Shown: positions 1 to 10,489, counted from the stretch's first letter. The stretch is 64,000 nucleotides of DNA from an uncultured Bacillales bacterium (GCA_947164795.1 CAMUXV010000002.1:156-64155); one strand, 5' to 3'. The notes: generated from the sequence alone by a model not told the origin. Program-made: numbers and translations.

Positions 1-138
1 AGATTTGATGATAACGCATGTGTTATTATTAAAGATGATAAGAGTCCAGTAGGTACACGTATTTTAGGACCAGTAGCACGTGAACTTAGAGATAAAGAAT
101 TTACTAAGATTGTAAGTTTAGCTAAAGATGTGCTATAG
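1..138 (+). CDS. rplN: 50S ribosomal protein L14, C-terminal fragment (5' end lies outside the window)
   Basis: Frame 1 reads [45 protein letters not shown], a canonical L14 C-terminus. It is followed by rplX as in spc operons. Confidence 0.9.
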   Translation, partial: RFDDNACVIIKDDKSPVGTRILGPVARELRDKEFTKIVSLAKDVL

Positions 139-154
139 GTCATAAGGAGGAAAT

Positions 155-463
155 ATGAGAAAGCTAAAAACAGGTGACAAAGTCGTAGTTGTTTCTGGCT
201 CAAATAAAGGTAAAGAAGGAAAAATACTAAAAGTATTAGAAGAAAAAGTACTTGTTGAAGGTATTAATATTGTTAAGAAACATTTAAAACCTAAAAAAAA
301 TAATGGAAATGGTGAAATTGTAGAAACTGAAGCACCTATTCATAAATCTAATGTAATGCTTTTAGATCCTAAGACTAAGAAACCTACGAAAGTAAAAATC
401 GAAACTGATAATAAAGGAAAAAAAGTTAGAATATCAAAAAAATCTAATGAAAAAATAGATTAA
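155..463 (+). CDS. rplX: 50S ribosomal protein L24
   Basis: KOW-type N-terminus [27 protein letters not shown] Shine-Dalgarno just upstream. Operon position is rplN-rplX-rplE. Confidence 0.95.
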   Translation: MRKLKTGDKVVVVSGSNKGKEGKILKVLEEKVLVEGINIVKKHLKPKKNNGNGEIVETEAPIHKSNVMLLDPKTKKPTKVKIETDNKGKKVRISKKSNEKID

Positions 464-485
464 TTTGGAAGGAGGGCGTAGTTAA

Positions 486-1025
486 ATGAACCGCCTAAGA
501 GAAAAATATGTAAAAGAAGTTGTTCCAAGTTTAACAGAAAAATATAACTATAAGACACCTATGCTTGTTCCAAAACTAGAAAAAATAGTTGTTAATATGG
601 GAGTTGGAGATGCTACTGTTAACTCTAAGAACTTAGAGAATGCTGTTAAAGAATTAGAAAAAATAACAGGATTAAAAGCAGTAGAGACAACTGCTAAAAA
701 ATCAATAGCTTCATTTAAAATAAGAGAAGGACACAAAATTGGTTGTAAAGTAACTTTAAGAGGAGAGAGAATGTATAACTTCTTAGATAAGTTAATCAGT
801 ATTTCACTTCCTCGCGTAAGAGACTTTAGAGGCCTATCTCCAAAAAGTTTTGATGGAAGAGGAAATTATACAATCGGTATTAAAGAACAAATAATTTTCC
901 CTGAAATCAATTTTGATGAAGTTGAAAAAGTTAGAGGAATGGACGTAGTACTAGTAACTACTGCTAAAACTAACGAAGAAGCATTTGATTTATTAAAAGA
1001 ACTTGGAGTTCCTTTTAGGAAATAA
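486..1025 (+). CDS. rplE: 50S ribosomal protein L5
   Basis: 179 aa with a typical L5 sequence (NRLREKY...[14 protein letters not shown]...RGMDV). Conserved operon position. Confidence 0.95.
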   Translation: MNRLREKYVKEVVPSLTEKYNYKTPMLVPKLEKIVVNMGVGDATVNSKNLENAVKELEKITGLKAVETTAKKSIASFKIREGHKIGCKVTLRGERMYNFLDKLISISLPRVRDFRGLSPKSFDGRGNYTIGIKEQIIFPEINFDEVEKVRGMDVVLVTTAKTNEEAFDLLKELGVPFRK

Positions 1026-1038
1026 GGAGATAAAGAAA

Positions 1039-1224
1039 ATGGCAAGAAAATCAATGATCGTAAAATCAGAAAGAGAACCTAAATTTAAGGTTAGAAAATA
1101 CACTAGATGTCAAATCTGTGGTAGACCTCATGCAGTTCTTAAAAAATATGGAATTTGCCGTATTTGCTTTAGAGAACTTGCATATAAAGGTCAAATACCT
1201 GGTGTAAAAAAGTCAAGTTGGTAA
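1039..1224 (+). CDS. rpsN: 30S ribosomal protein S14, short zinc-binding type Z
   Basis: 61 aa [61 protein letters not shown] with CxxC...CxxC. The ATG at 1039 follows AAGGAGA. The track start at 1003 overlaps rplE and is rejected. Confidence 0.9.
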   Translation: MARKSMIVKSEREPKFKVRKYTRCQICGRPHAVLKKYGICRICFRELAYKGQIPGVKKSSW

Positions 1225-1288
1225 TTTAATATTTTGTATGGATTATAAGAAGAATAAAAAGTTGGAACTTTATTAATATGAAGGGAAA

Positions 1289-1819
1289 ATGATTATGAAT
1301 AAAAGTAAGTTAGATAAATTAAAAGATATTATTAAGTTAAGTGCATTTTTTAATGTAGTTGATCTTGCAAATATTTTGTCAGAATTGATGACTGAAAAAG
1401 AAAAAAAAGATTATGTTCCAATGATTTGTCATAAGAGCATTTATAGAGAATTTAAGACTTATGTTGTTGTAGCAGAAAAATATTTGAGTGATGAAGAAAA
1501 AATGTATGGTGATTTAGTACCAGAAACTTGGGTGCACAATATGTTTAATTCTGGTTCATATTTTGGTATTTATCATTCTGACATTGAGAATGAAGATGTT
1601 CAAAATAAAGATGTTACATATGGTCTTGGTAGTGAATCAATATTTATTCCTACTAGTCATGGTTACATAAACAAATTTATGGATTATTTGTTTGCACTAC
1701 AACTTTCCAACAACGGAAAGCGTTTGACTTATGAAGAAATGCAAGTTGCATTAAATGATTTCTTAGAATTAGAAAAAGATAAACCAAAACAAAAGATTAA
1801 AAAGCCAAATAATAAATAA
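1289..1819 (+). CDS. Hypothetical protein (176 aa) embedded in the spc operon between rpsN and rpsH
   Basis: Long ORF with GAAGGGAAA upstream of the ATG. No terminator hairpin in either flanking gap (1225-1288, 1820-1853). I recognise no motif. Confidence 0.5.
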   Translation: MIMNKSKLDKLKDIIKLSAFFNVVDLANILSELMTEKEKKDYVPMICHKSIYREFKTYVVVAEKYLSDEEKMYGDLVPETWVHNMFNSGSYFGIYHSDIENEDVQNKDVTYGLGSESIFIPTSHGYINKFMDYLFALQLSNNGKRLTYEEMQVALNDFLELEKDKPKQKIKKPNNK

Positions 1820-1853
1820 TCGTAAGATAAGATAAAAGAAGGAGGGATTTAAG

Positions 1854-2243
1854 ATGACAGATCCAATCGCAGATATGCTTACAAGAATACGTAATGCTAA
1901 TCAAAATAGAGCAGCATCTGTTGAAGTTCCAGTATCTAATGTTAAATTAGAGATAGCTAGAATTTTAAAAGATGAAGGTTTTATTGAAAATTATGAAGTT
2001 ACGGGTGAAGGCGTACAAAAGATGATGACATTAACACTTAAATATAAAAATAAAGAAAGAGTAATTACTGGACTTAAGAGAATTTCAAAACCAGGACTTA
2101 GAGTATATTCTAAAGCTGAAGAATTACCTACAGTACTTAATGGTTTAGGAATTGCTATTATATCTACATCTAAAGGAATTATGACTGATAAAGAAGCTAG
2201 AAATAATTCTTTAGGTGGAGAAGTAATTGCTTATGTATGGTAA
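1854..2243 (+). CDS. rpsH: 30S ribosomal protein S8
   Basis: [15 protein letters not shown]... is the canonical S8 N-terminus. GAAGGAGGG RBS. Confidence 0.95.
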   Translation: MTDPIADMLTRIRNANQNRAASVEVPVSNVKLEIARILKDEGFIENYEVTGEGVQKMMTLTLKYKNKERVITGLKRISKPGLRVYSKAEELPTVLNGLGIAIISTSKGIMTDKEARNNSLGGEVIAYVW

Positions 2244-2249
2244 TAGAAT

Positions 2250-2789
2250 ATGAGTCGTATTGGTAAAAGAGAACTATCTATACCTGAAAATGTTAATGTT
2301 AATGTCGAAAATAATGTTGTAACTGTTAAAGGTCCTAAGGGAGAACTTACTTTAGAGACAGTTAAAAATATTAAAGTAACAGTAGAAAATAATACTGTTA
2401 AAGTAGAGCCTTTAAAAGAAGATAAATTTACTCATGCTATGCATGGAACTACTAATGCTAATATCAAAAATATGATTGATGGTGTTAGTAATGGTTATAA
2501 GAAGAGTTTAGAGATTGTTGGTGTAGGTTATAAGTTTAATGTTAGTGGTAACAAACTTACTGTATCAGCAGGATACTCTCACCCAGTTGTAATGGAAGTA
2601 CCTAATGGTCTTACTGTTAAGGGTGTAAGTAATACCGAGATTGATATTGAAGGTATTAGCAAAGAATTAGTTGGTGAATTTGCCGCTAATGTACGTAAGG
2701 TAAGAGGACCTGAACCATATAAAGGTAAAGGTATTAAGTATAAAGACGAACATATTCGTCGTAAAGAAGGAAAGAAAGCTTCTAAATAA
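2250..2789 (+). CDS. rplF: 50S ribosomal protein L6
   Basis: MSRIGKRELSIPENV...VKGPKGEL is a typical L6. Confidence 0.95.
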   Translation: MSRIGKRELSIPENVNVNVENNVVTVKGPKGELTLETVKNIKVTVENNTVKVEPLKEDKFTHAMHGTTNANIKNMIDGVSNGYKKSLEIVGVGYKFNVSGNKLTVSAGYSHPVVMEVPNGLTVKGVSNTEIDIEGISKELVGEFAANVRKVRGPEPYKGKGIKYKDEHIRRKEGKKASK

Positions 2790-2807
2790 TAAATAGGAGG
2801 AATTACT

Positions 2808-3170
2808 ATGATTAAGAAAGTTTCAAGAAATGAAATGAGAAAAGTAAGACACGAGAGAATCAGAGAAAATCTTTCTGGAACAGCAGAAAGACCAAGACTT
2901 TGCGTGTTTAGATCAAATGCTAATATTGAAGCTCAAATAATCGATGATGTTAAAGGTGTTACTTTAGTTAGTGCTACTTCTTTAGATAAGGATTTAAAAC
3001 TTAAAAATGGAAGTAACATTGAAGCTGCTAAAGTAGTTGGAGCAGAAATCGCTAAAAGAGCTAAAAAAGCAAAAATTACTACCGTTGTATTTGATAGAGG
3101 CGGATACCTTTATCATGGACGTGTTAAAGCTTTAGCAGAAGCTGCACGTGAAGGCGGATTAGAATTCTAG
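2808..3170 (+). CDS. rplR: 50S ribosomal protein L18
   Basis: [24 protein letters not shown]...[26 protein letters not shown] is a canonical L18. Confidence 0.95.
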   Translation: MIKKVSRNEMRKVRHERIRENLSGTAERPRLCVFRSNANIEAQIIDDVKGVTLVSATSLDKDLKLKNGSNIEAAKVVGAEIAKRAKKAKITTVVFDRGGYLYHGRVKALAEAAREGGLEF

Positions 3171-3185
3171 AAGGAGGATAACTTC

Positions 3186-3809
3186 ATGAACGAAGAAATT
3201 AAGAATGAAGAAAAAGTTGTTAATACTGAAAAAGTAGAAAAAACTGAGAAGAAAGAATTAAAACCTCGTAAGTTCGATAATAAGAACAGAAAACCTAGAA
3301 ACAATGGTGAAAGAAAAGTTTCAAAACCTAAATCTGATTTAGAAGATAAGGTTATTGAAATTAGAAGAGTAACTAAAGTTGTTAAAGGTGGTAGACAATT
3401 TAGATTTGCTGCTACTGTAGTAGTAGGAAATAAGAAAGGTCTAGTTGGTTTAGGAACTGGTAAAGCACATGAAATGCCAGATGCAGTTAAAAAGGCTACA
3501 CAAGCAGCTACAAAGAATGTTGTTAAAATTGATTTAATTGATAACAGAACTATTTCACACGATATCACTGTTAAAGAAGGAGCAGTTAGAGTTATGCTTA
3601 AACCTGCTAAAGAAGGTACTGGAGTTAAAGCAGGAGGTCCTGTTAGGGATGTACTTGAATTAGCTGGCGTTAAAGATGTACTATCTAAGTCTTTAGGATC
3701 AAGTACTAAGATTAATGCTGCTAGAGCTACTCTAAGAGCATTAAAAGGTCAAAAGAGTCCTGAACATGTTGCATACTTAAGAGATAAGAAAGTAGAGGAA
3801 TTAAGATAA
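3186..3809 (+). CDS. rpsE: 30S ribosomal protein S5 with a ~45-aa K/E-rich N-terminal extension
   Basis: The S5 core begins at ...[31 protein letters not shown]. The protein is 207 aa versus about 166 aa for typical S5. Confidence 0.9.
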   Translation: MNEEIKNEEKVVNTEKVEKTEKKELKPRKFDNKNRKPRNNGERKVSKPKSDLEDKVIEIRRVTKVVKGGRQFRFAATVVVGNKKGLVGLGTGKAHEMPDAVKKATQAATKNVVKIDLIDNRTISHDITVKEGAVRVMLKPAKEGTGVKAGGPVRDVLELAGVKDVLSKSLGSSTKINAARATLRALKGQKSPEHVAYLRDKKVEELR

Positions 3810-4252
3810 TGAAATTACATGAATTAGAAGCAGTATATGGCTCTACTAAAAATAGAAAAAGAGTAGGAAGAGGACAAGGTTCTGGTACTGGTAAAACAAG
3901 TGGTAAAGGTGAAAAAGGACAAAATGCTAGAAGTGGTGGAGGAGTAAGACCTGGTTTTGAAGGTGGACAACTTCCATTATTCAGAAGATTATCAAAGAGA
4001 GGATTTAATAACTATAACTTTAGAACAGTATATTCAACTGTAAATGTTGAAGACTTAAATAGATTTGAAGACGGTACTGTCGTAACAATTGAACTACTTA
4101 AAGAAGTAGGACTAATTAAGAAAGAATTAGATGGTGTTAAAGTAATGGGTAATGGTAAATTAGAAAAAAAACTTACTGTTAGAGCTAATGCTTTCACTAG
4201 AAGTGCTATAGAGAAAATTAATAATAATGGTGGAAAAACTGAGGTGATTTAG
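3809..4252 (+). CDS. rplO: 50S ribosomal protein L15
   Basis: [38 protein letters not shown] is a canonical L15. Its ATG overlaps the rpsE stop (TAATG), leaving no room for rpmD. Confidence 0.95.
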   Translation: MKLHELEAVYGSTKNRKRVGRGQGSGTGKTSGKGEKGQNARSGGGVRPGFEGGQLPLFRRLSKRGFNNYNFRTVYSTVNVEDLNRFEDGTVVTIELLKEVGLIKKELDGVKVMGNGKLEKKLTVRANAFTRSAIEKINNNGGKTEVI

Positions 4253-5515
4253 ATGTTTAAAAATCTAAAACTTATCTTTAGTCCAAAGAATAAGGATATT
4301 AGAAAAAGAATTGGTTTTACCTTATTTGGATTATTAGTATTCGCTATAGGTACAACCATTCCTGTTCCAGGAACTAAGGGAGCTATCTCTAGTCTTGGAT
4401 TATGGGAACTATATAATGCTATCGGAGGAGGAGCACTAAAGAACTTTTCAATATTTGCTCTAGGTGTTATGCCTTATATCTCCGCTAGTATCATTACTGG
4501 AATATTACAAATGGATATAATTCCTTACTTTACTGAACTTAAAGAGTCAGGTGAGCAAGGTAGACAAAAGATTAATCAAATAAATAGATATATAGGACTT
4601 GCAATAGCTTTTGTACAAGGTTTTGCTATGGCATTTACCTTTGTAAAAGGAGCAAGTACTATAGAGTACTTAAAGATAGCAGTAATATTAACTGCTGGTA
4701 CAGCATTCCTATTATGGCTAGGAGATCAAATTACTCAGAAAGGTATTGGTAATGGTATTTCACTACTTATTATGGCAGGTATTATTTATACTGTACCTAA
4801 GATGTTTATTGATACCTTTACTACATTAGTACTAGATCATACTGGATCATTATTCGTAGGAATAATTGGTTATGTAATTTTCGTACTAGTATATCTATTA
4901 ATAATTGTTGGAGTAGTATTTGAAGAATCTTCGGAAAGAAGAGTACCAATACAATACTCTAATAGAACTGCATCTGCTTATGGTGCTAAACAAAATTATA
5001 TTCCATTTAAGTTAAATTCTGCTGGTGTAATGCCTGTTATCTTTGCATCAGTAATATTAACTATTCCAACATTTATTGCTGGCTTACTAGGAGAAGAATC
5101 AGGATTTTCTGTATTCGTATCTAAATATATAAATTATACAACTCCAACTGGTTTTGTATTATATATAATATTAATATTTGTATTTGGATTCTTCTATACA
5201 AATATGCAAATAAATCCAAAGGAACTAGCTAAGAACTTAAATAAAAGTGGTGGCTATATCCCAGGAGTAAGACCAGGAGTAGAAACAGAAAAGTATATAA
5301 AGAAAATATTAAATAGAATAACACTACTTGGATCAATATTTATAGCGGTAATTGCAGCTCTTCCAATAGTATTTAGTAGTTTTATAAATACCGGACTACC
5401 AGCATCTGCTAGTATTGGTGGTACTGGAGTACTAATCGTTGTAGGTGTTGCAATTGAAACTTGTAAGCAACTTGAAAGTAGTTTAATAAATAGAAACTAT
5501 AAAGGAGCAAGATAA
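4253..5515 (+). CDS. secY: Preprotein translocase subunit SecY
   Basis: 420-aa polytopic membrane protein with typical SecY segments (GVMPYISASIITGILQ, GNGISLLIMAGI). Position is after rplO. Confidence 0.95.
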   Translation: MFKNLKLIFSPKNKDIRKRIGFTLFGLLVFAIGTTIPVPGTKGAISSLGLWELYNAIGGGALKNFSIFALGVMPYISASIITGILQMDIIPYFTELKESGEQGRQKINQINRYIGLAIAFVQGFAMAFTFVKGASTIEYLKIAVILTAGTAFLLWLGDQITQKGIGNGISLLIMAGIIYTVPKMFIDTFTTLVLDHTGSLFVGIIGYVIFVLVYLLIIVGVVFEESSERRVPIQYSNRTASAYGAKQNYIPFKLNSAGVMPVIFASVILTIPTFIAGLLGEESGFSVFVSKYINYTTPTGFVLYIILIFVFGFFYTNMQINPKELAKNLNKSGGYIPGVRPGVETEKYIKKILNRITLLGSIFIAVIAALPIVFSSFINTGLPASASIGGTGVLIVVGVAIETCKQLESSLINRNYKGAR

Positions 5516-6165
5516 TGAAGAATTTAATCTTTATCGCTCCTCCTGCTGCAGGAAAAGGAACTATCTCAGAGATGATTGAAAATAGATTTCATTTACCTCA
5601 TATCTCTACTGGTGATTTACTAAGAGATGAGATAGCTCATATGACAAAGTTAGGTCTAGAGATAAAAGATACGATGGCAAGAGGAGAATTTGTGTCTGAC
5701 GAGGTAATTACAAAATTATTAAAGAAGAGACTAAGTAGTAAAGATGTAAAAAAAGGTTATATCTTAGATGGATATCCTAGAAACATTAATCAAGCAAAAG
5801 AGTATGATAAATTGCTTGAAGAATTATCTTTTGATATGGGTAAAGTTATTTACCTAGTAATTGATAAAGAAACCGCTACTAAGAGAGCACTATCTAGAGT
5901 AGTATGTAAGAGTTGTGGTGCCAGTTATAACCTAAGTAATCCAGATTTATCTCCTGTTAGAGAAGGAATCTGTGATCATTGTAATAATGAACTTAGTGTA
6001 AGAAGCGATGACAACAAAGAGACATTTAAAACAAGATTTGATACTTATATGAAGGAAACTTATCCTCTAATAGAGTATTATAAAGAAAAGAATAATCTAA
6101 TAGAAATAGATGCATCTAAGAGTCCAAATGAGATATTTGAAGAAATTAAGAAGGTAATTAAATAA
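5515..6165 (+). CDS. adk: Adenylate kinase (Cys4 zinc lid)
   Basis: P-loop APPAAGKGT, then LRDE, DGYPR, and a lid CKSCG...CDHCN. Confidence 0.95.
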   Translation: MKNLIFIAPPAAGKGTISEMIENRFHLPHISTGDLLRDEIAHMTKLGLEIKDTMARGEFVSDEVITKLLKKRLSSKDVKKGYILDGYPRNINQAKEYDKLLEELSFDMGKVIYLVIDKETATKRALSRVVCKSCGASYNLSNPDLSPVREGICDHCNNELSVRSDDNKETFKTRFDTYMKETYPLIEYYKEKNNLIEIDASKSPNEIFEEIKKVIK

Positions 6166-6923
6166 TGATAACTATTAAAAGTGATTATGAATTATCTTTA
6201 ATGAGAATTGCAGGTAAGATAGTTTACGATACTCATCAGTACTTAAAACCTTTTATTAAAGAGGGTATAACTACTGGTGAGTTAGATAGACTAGCTCATG
6301 ACTATATAATTAGTAGGGATGCTTATCCATCTTGCTTAAATTATGAAGGATTTCCTAAAAGTATATGTATTTCAGTAAATGAAGAAGTAGTTCATGGTAT
6401 CCCAGGCAAAAGAAAACTTAAAAATGGAGATATCGTGACACTAGATATTTGTGCATGTTATAAAGGATATCATGGAGATTCAGCTTGGACTTATCCCGTA
6501 GGAGAAATCTCAGAAGATAAAAAATATCTTTTAGAACATACTGAAAAGGCATTATATGAAGGGTTATCTAAAATAAAAGATGGTGTAAGATTAGGAGACA
6601 TTAGCTCTGCTATTGAAGAATATGCGTGTAAGCATAAACTAGGAGTAGTAAGAGAACTAACTGGTCATGGAATAGGAAGTAATCTGCATGAAGATCCTGA
6701 TGTTCCGAACTTCGGAAAAAAAGGAACTGGTCCAGTACTTAAGAAAGGAATGACTATCGCAGTAGAACCTATGCTTAATCTAGGAACAAGAAAAATCTAT
6801 ATCTTAGATGATGACTGGACAATTATTACAGGTGATAATAAACCATCAGCCCACTTTGAACACACTGTAATAGTAACAGAAGATGGCTGTGAGATATTAA
6901 CAGGAGATGATAATATTGAGTAA
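6165..6923 (+). CDS. map: Methionine aminopeptidase type I
   Basis: Metal-ligand context [30 protein letters not shown]. Confidence 0.95.
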   Translation: MITIKSDYELSLMRIAGKIVYDTHQYLKPFIKEGITTGELDRLAHDYIISRDAYPSCLNYEGFPKSICISVNEEVVHGIPGKRKLKNGDIVTLDICACYKGYHGDSAWTYPVGEISEDKKYLLEHTEKALYEGLSKIKDGVRLGDISSAIEEYACKHKLGVVRELTGHGIGSNLHEDPDVPNFGKKGTGPVLKKGMTIAVEPMLNLGTRKIYILDDDWTIITGDNKPSAHFEHTVIVTEDGCEILTGDDNIE

Positions 6924-7134
6924 AGAAGATTTAATTGAAGTTGAAGGAAAAGTAATCGATAATTTACCTCAAGGAAAGTTCAAAGTTGAACTAGATGGAG
7001 GACACATCGTAGTGGCCCATGTTTCTGGTAAAATGCGCATGAATAACATACGTATCTTACCAGGTGATACGGTTGTTTTAGCAATGTCACCATATGATCT
7101 AACACAAGGGCGTATAGTTTATAATAAGAAATAG
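6916..7134 (+). CDS. infA: Translation initiation factor IF-1
   Basis: A TTG at 6916 sits 9 nt after AGGAG and gives the canonical 72-aa (M)[12 protein letters not shown]... The ATG at 6907 is a possible alternative start. Confidence 0.85.
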   Translation: MSKEDLIEVEGKVIDNLPQGKFKVELDGGHIVVAHVSGKMRMNNIRILPGDTVVLAMSPYDLTQGRIVYNKK

Positions 7135-7146
7135 GAGTGATGATAA

Positions 7147-7260
7147 ATGAAAGTTAGAGCATCAGTAAAGAAAATTTGCGATAAATGCAAAATAATTAAA
7201 AGAAATGGAAAAGTAATGGTTATTTGTGAAAATCCAAAACACAAACAAAAACAAGGTTAA
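7147..7260 (+). CDS. rpmJ: 50S ribosomal protein L36 (not in the ORF track; 37 aa)
   Basis: Translates to [37 protein letters not shown]. Lies between infA and rpsM as expected. Confidence 0.9.
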   Translation: MKVRASVKKICDKCKIIKRNGKVMVICENPKHKQKQG

Positions 7261-7275
7261 TAGGAGGAACAAAAA

Positions 7276-7641
7276 ATGGCAAGAATTAAAGGTGTAGATA
7301 TTCCTAACGATAAGAGAATAGAAATCTCTCTTACATATATCTACGGTATTGGAAGACAATTATCAAAGAAAATCTTAAAAGATGCTAAAGTAAATTTAGA
7401 TACTAAAGCAAAAGACTTAACAGATGATGAACTTACTAGAATCAGAAAAGAAGTAGACAAACACTTAGTTGAAGGTGATCTTAGAAGAGAAGTTAATATG
7501 AACATTAAGACTAAGATGGAAATTAATTCTTATCAAGGTACTAGACATAAAAAAGGTTTACCTGTAAGAGGACAAAGAACTAGTAGAAATGCTAGAACTC
7601 GTAAAGGTAAAGGAAAGACTATTGCTAATAAGAAAAAATAA
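7276..7641 (+). CDS. rpsM: 30S ribosomal protein S13
   Basis: [26 protein letters not shown] is a canonical S13. Confidence 0.95.
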   Translation: MARIKGVDIPNDKRIEISLTYIYGIGRQLSKKILKDAKVNLDTKAKDLTDDELTRIRKEVDKHLVEGDLRREVNMNIKTKMEINSYQGTRHKKGLPVRGQRTSRNARTRKGKGKTIANKKK

Positions 7642-7654
7642 TTAGGAGGAAAGT

Positions 7655-8041
7655 ATGGGAAAATATAATTCAAGAAAAAGAAAAACTAAGAAGAATATTC
7701 CTGCTGGAGTTGCACATATACATTGTTCATTTAATAATACAATTGTAACTATTACTGACCTAGAAGGTAATGTAGTATCTTGGGCATCATCTGGTAAACA
7801 AGGAGTAAAAGGAAGTAAAAAATCTACTCCATTTGCTGCTGGTATGAGCGCTGAAGCTGCAGGAAGAGATGCTGTCGCAGCTGGTATGAAAACAGTTGAT
7901 GTATTTACTAAAGGTTTAGGAGCAGGTAAAGAAACTGCTGTTAGAAGTTTGCAAACTGCTGGATTAGAGATTAAATCAATAACAGATGTAACACCAATTC
8001 CACACAATGGTTGTCGTCCACCTAAAAGAAGACGTGGATAA
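7655..8041 (+). CDS. rpsK: 30S ribosomal protein S11
   Basis: [18 protein letters not shown]...[15 protein letters not shown] is a canonical S11. Confidence 0.95.
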   Translation: MGKYNSRKRKTKKNIPAGVAHIHCSFNNTIVTITDLEGNVVSWASSGKQGVKGSKKSTPFAAGMSAEAAGRDAVAAGMKTVDVFTKGLGAGKETAVRSLQTAGLEIKSITDVTPIPHNGCRPPKRRRG

Positions 8042-8058
8042 TTAAAGGAGGAATTCAT

Positions 8059-9018
8059 ATGTTAAAATTTGAAAAACCAGATTATAAAATAAAAGAATAT
8101 GTTGAAGATAATTTCTATGGTAAATTTGTTTTAGAACCATTAGAGAGAGGTTTTGGAACAACTCTTGGTAATGCTCTTAGAAGAGTAATGCTATCTAGTT
8201 TACCAGGAGATGCAATTACTTCAGTTAAGATTGATGGAGTTGCTCACGAATTTCAAAAAATGGATGGAGTAATTGAAGATGTAACTGCTATCGTATTAAA
8301 CTTAAAGAGTATCGTTATCAAGAATCACGCAAGAGGAACTGATAAAACTTTATACTTAAAGAAGACTACTCCAGGAGTAGTAACTGCTGGTGATATTGAA
8401 AAAGATGCAGATATTGAAATATTAAATCCTGATCAAGTTATTTGTACAGTAGTAGAAGGTGGAAAATTAAACATGGAAATGACTGTATCAGATGGCCGTG
8501 GATATGTCGTAGCAGATGATAATAAGAAATTATTTAAAGATGATAAAACAAAAGTAGGAGCAATTGCTATCGATAGTTTATATTCTCCAATTGAAAGAAT
8601 TAACTATGAAGTAGAAAATGCTCGTGTTGGACAAAATAATAACTATGATAAGCTTACAATGGAAGTTTGGACAAATGGTTCAATTATGCCAGAAGAAGCA
8701 ATGGCTCTTGGAGCACGTATTCTTATGGAACATTTAGAAGTTATCACTGACTTAAATTCAATCGCTGATGAAACTGGTCTTATGATAGCTAAAAGTGAAG
8801 ATCCTATTGTTAAGATGCTAGATACTTCTATCGATGACTTAGATTTCTCTGTAAGAGCATATAACTGCTTAAAGAGAGCAAATATTATGACATTAAGAGA
8901 TTTAACTGAGAAGACTGAAACAGAAATGATGAAAATTAGAAATCTTGGTAAGAAATCACTTAAAGAAGTTATTGATAAAGTAAAAGATATGGGTCTTACA
9001 TTTAAAGATGAAAATTAG
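8059..9018 (+). CDS. rpoA: DNA-directed RNA polymerase alpha subunit
   Basis: 319 aa. N-terminal domain LERGFGTTLGNALRRVMLSSLPG. C-terminal domain LDFSVRAYNCLKRANI. Confidence 0.95.
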   Translation: MLKFEKPDYKIKEYVEDNFYGKFVLEPLERGFGTTLGNALRRVMLSSLPGDAITSVKIDGVAHEFQKMDGVIEDVTAIVLNLKSIVIKNHARGTDKTLYLKKTTPGVVTAGDIEKDADIEILNPDQVICTVVEGGKLNMEMTVSDGRGYVVADDNKKLFKDDKTKVGAIAIDSLYSPIERINYEVENARVGQNNNYDKLTMEVWTNGSIMPEEAMALGARILMEHLEVITDLNSIADETGLMIAKSEDPIVKMLDTSIDDLDFSVRAYNCLKRANIMTLRDLTEKTETEMMKIRNLGKKSLKEVIDKVKDMGLTFKDEN

Positions 9019-9032
9019 TATAGGAGGAAATT

Positions 9033-9374
9033 ATGGCATATAGAAAATTAGGTAGAGAAACTAGACATAGAAGAAGTATGCTTTCTAATATGACAAGAGA
9101 ACTTATTTCTAAAGAGAGAATAGTTACTACTGAAACAAGAGCTAAAGAAGTAAGAAAAAGCTTTGATAAAATGGTAACTTATGGTAAAAAAGGTACTCTA
9201 GTTTCAAGAAGACTTGCTCTAGCATTTTTAGAAAATGACAAAAAAGCAGTAGAGAAAGTATTTAATGAATTAGCACCAAGATATAAGGATAGAAATGGTG
9301 GTTATACAAGAATTATTAAAATGACTGAAAGAAAAGGAGATAACGCTCTAGAAGTTATTTTAGAATTAGTTTAA
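9033..9374 (+). CDS. rplQ: 50S ribosomal protein L17
   Basis: [20 protein letters not shown]... is a canonical L17. Confidence 0.95.
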   Translation: MAYRKLGRETRHRRSMLSNMTRELISKERIVTTETRAKEVRKSFDKMVTYGKKGTLVSRRLALAFLENDKKAVEKVFNELAPRYKDRNGGYTRIIKMTERKGDNALEVILELV

Positions 9375-9402
9375 GAAACATATTTTTATGTTTCTTTTTT
9401 TT
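9374..9402 (+). terminator. Rho-independent terminator of the alpha operon
   Basis: AGAAACAT / ATGTTTCT stem followed by a T-run. Confidence 0.7.
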
Positions 9403-9495
9403 ATTAAAAAAATATTTGTATAAAGATTATATTTAAAATATATTGTATTTTTTACAATTGTAAAGTATAATATATAACTGAAAAGAGGAATATAT

Positions 9496-10467
9496 ATGAA
9501 TAAATATATGAAGAAAGTTATTGAAGAATTAGATAATAAAAAAGGTGAAACAGTAAGCCTTTTACTTGAAGGAAATATTCTTTATAAAGATGAGTTTATG
9601 AGTGAGCTAATTAATACTGATAATCCTTACTATATTTATAATGCTGCAAAATATATTAAGGGATTAGATTTAAAAGTACTTACTGAAGCTATTATTAAGA
9701 TTAATAATTTAGATTATATTTATAAATTCGCTAAAGATATAAAAGGAGTATCTATTGATACATTAGAGAATGCTATTACTAAAAGTAATAATCCTTATTA
9801 TATTTGCTTATTTGCTCAAAATGTAAGAAATTCTAATAAGACTAAACTTGCTAATATGTTAATACAAATAGGTAATTATACTTATATTGAATATTTTGCT
9901 AATAATATTAAGAATGGTTTAAATATTTTATTTAATATCATAGTTAAATGTAATGATGCTAAAAAGATTTATGACTTCGCATGTTATTTTAATTGTCATA
10001 TTGATGAATTATCTAAAGTTATTCTTAATACTAAAAACGCTGAATATATATATTTATTTGCTAAAGATATAAAGGATATTAATATTCAACTATTTGAAGA
10101 TAAAATTATCGAATTAAATAATCCTGAATATATATATTTATATGCTCTAAATATTAAATCTAATACTTTAAAATTAGAGAATGCTATTATTAATAGTAAT
10201 AGTGCAGAATATATATATAAGTTTGCTAGAGATGTTAAGGGGGCAGATATCAATAAATTATTTGATGCCATAGTAAAAACAAATAATTATGAATATATCT
10301 TCTATTTTTCTTTACTAGTAGGTAAAGAAAAACTAAAAGAAATAGAGACAAAACTTATAAAAGATGCCTTTTACTTACAATTATTCTATGAATTAATTAA
10401 GAATCCTAACTTTATAGGTTATCAAAATAATAAAGAAGTAGTTATGAAAAAAGTATTAAAAAAGTAA
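9496..10467 (+). CDS. Tandem-repeat protein (323 aa): 42-aa head plus about 9 helical repeats of 27-28 aa. Paralog of 62430..63188.
   Basis: Repeat consensus read from the translation: N-(P/x)-x-Y-I-Y-x-F-A-K-x-I-K-G-x-x-I-x-x-L-x-x-A-I-I-x-x-N. GAGGAA RBS. Confidence 0.7.
   Translation: MNKYMKKVIEELDNKKGETVSLLLEGNILYKDEFMSELINTDNPYYIYNAAKYIKGLDLKVLTEAIIKINNLDYIYKFAKDIKGVSIDTLENAITKSNNPYYICLFAQNVRNSNKTKLANMLIQIGNYTYIEYFANNIKNGLNILFNIIVKCNDAKKIYDFACYFNCHIDELSKVILNTKNAEYIYLFAKDIKDINIQLFEDKIIELNNPEYIYLYALNIKSNTLKLENAIINSNSAEYIYKFARDVKGADINKLFDAIVKTNNYEYIFYFSLLVGKEKLKEIETKLIKDAFYLQLFYELIKNPNFIGYQNNKEVVMKKVLKK
9622..10365 (+). repeat. Intragenic tandem coding repeats, period 81-84 nt (27-28 aa), about 9 diverged copies
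   Basis: Units begin NPYYIYNAAKYIKG, NLDYIYKFAKDIKG, NPYYICLFAQNVRN, NYTYIEYFANNIKN, DAKKIYDFACYFNC, NAEYIYLFAKDIKD, NPEYIYLYALNIKS, SAEYIYKFARDVKG, NYEYIFYFSLLVGK. Confidence 0.6.
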
Positions 10468-10489
10468 CTTCTTTTTTTATATGCAAAAA

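Noticed and set aside
9622-10365. The ~84-nt periodicity could suggest a CRISPR array or a satellite.
   Set aside because: The repeats are diverged at the nucleotide level, there are no spacers, and one long ORF reads through all of them. This is a coding tandem repeat. I saw no CRISPR-like repeat-spacer structure anywhere in the window.
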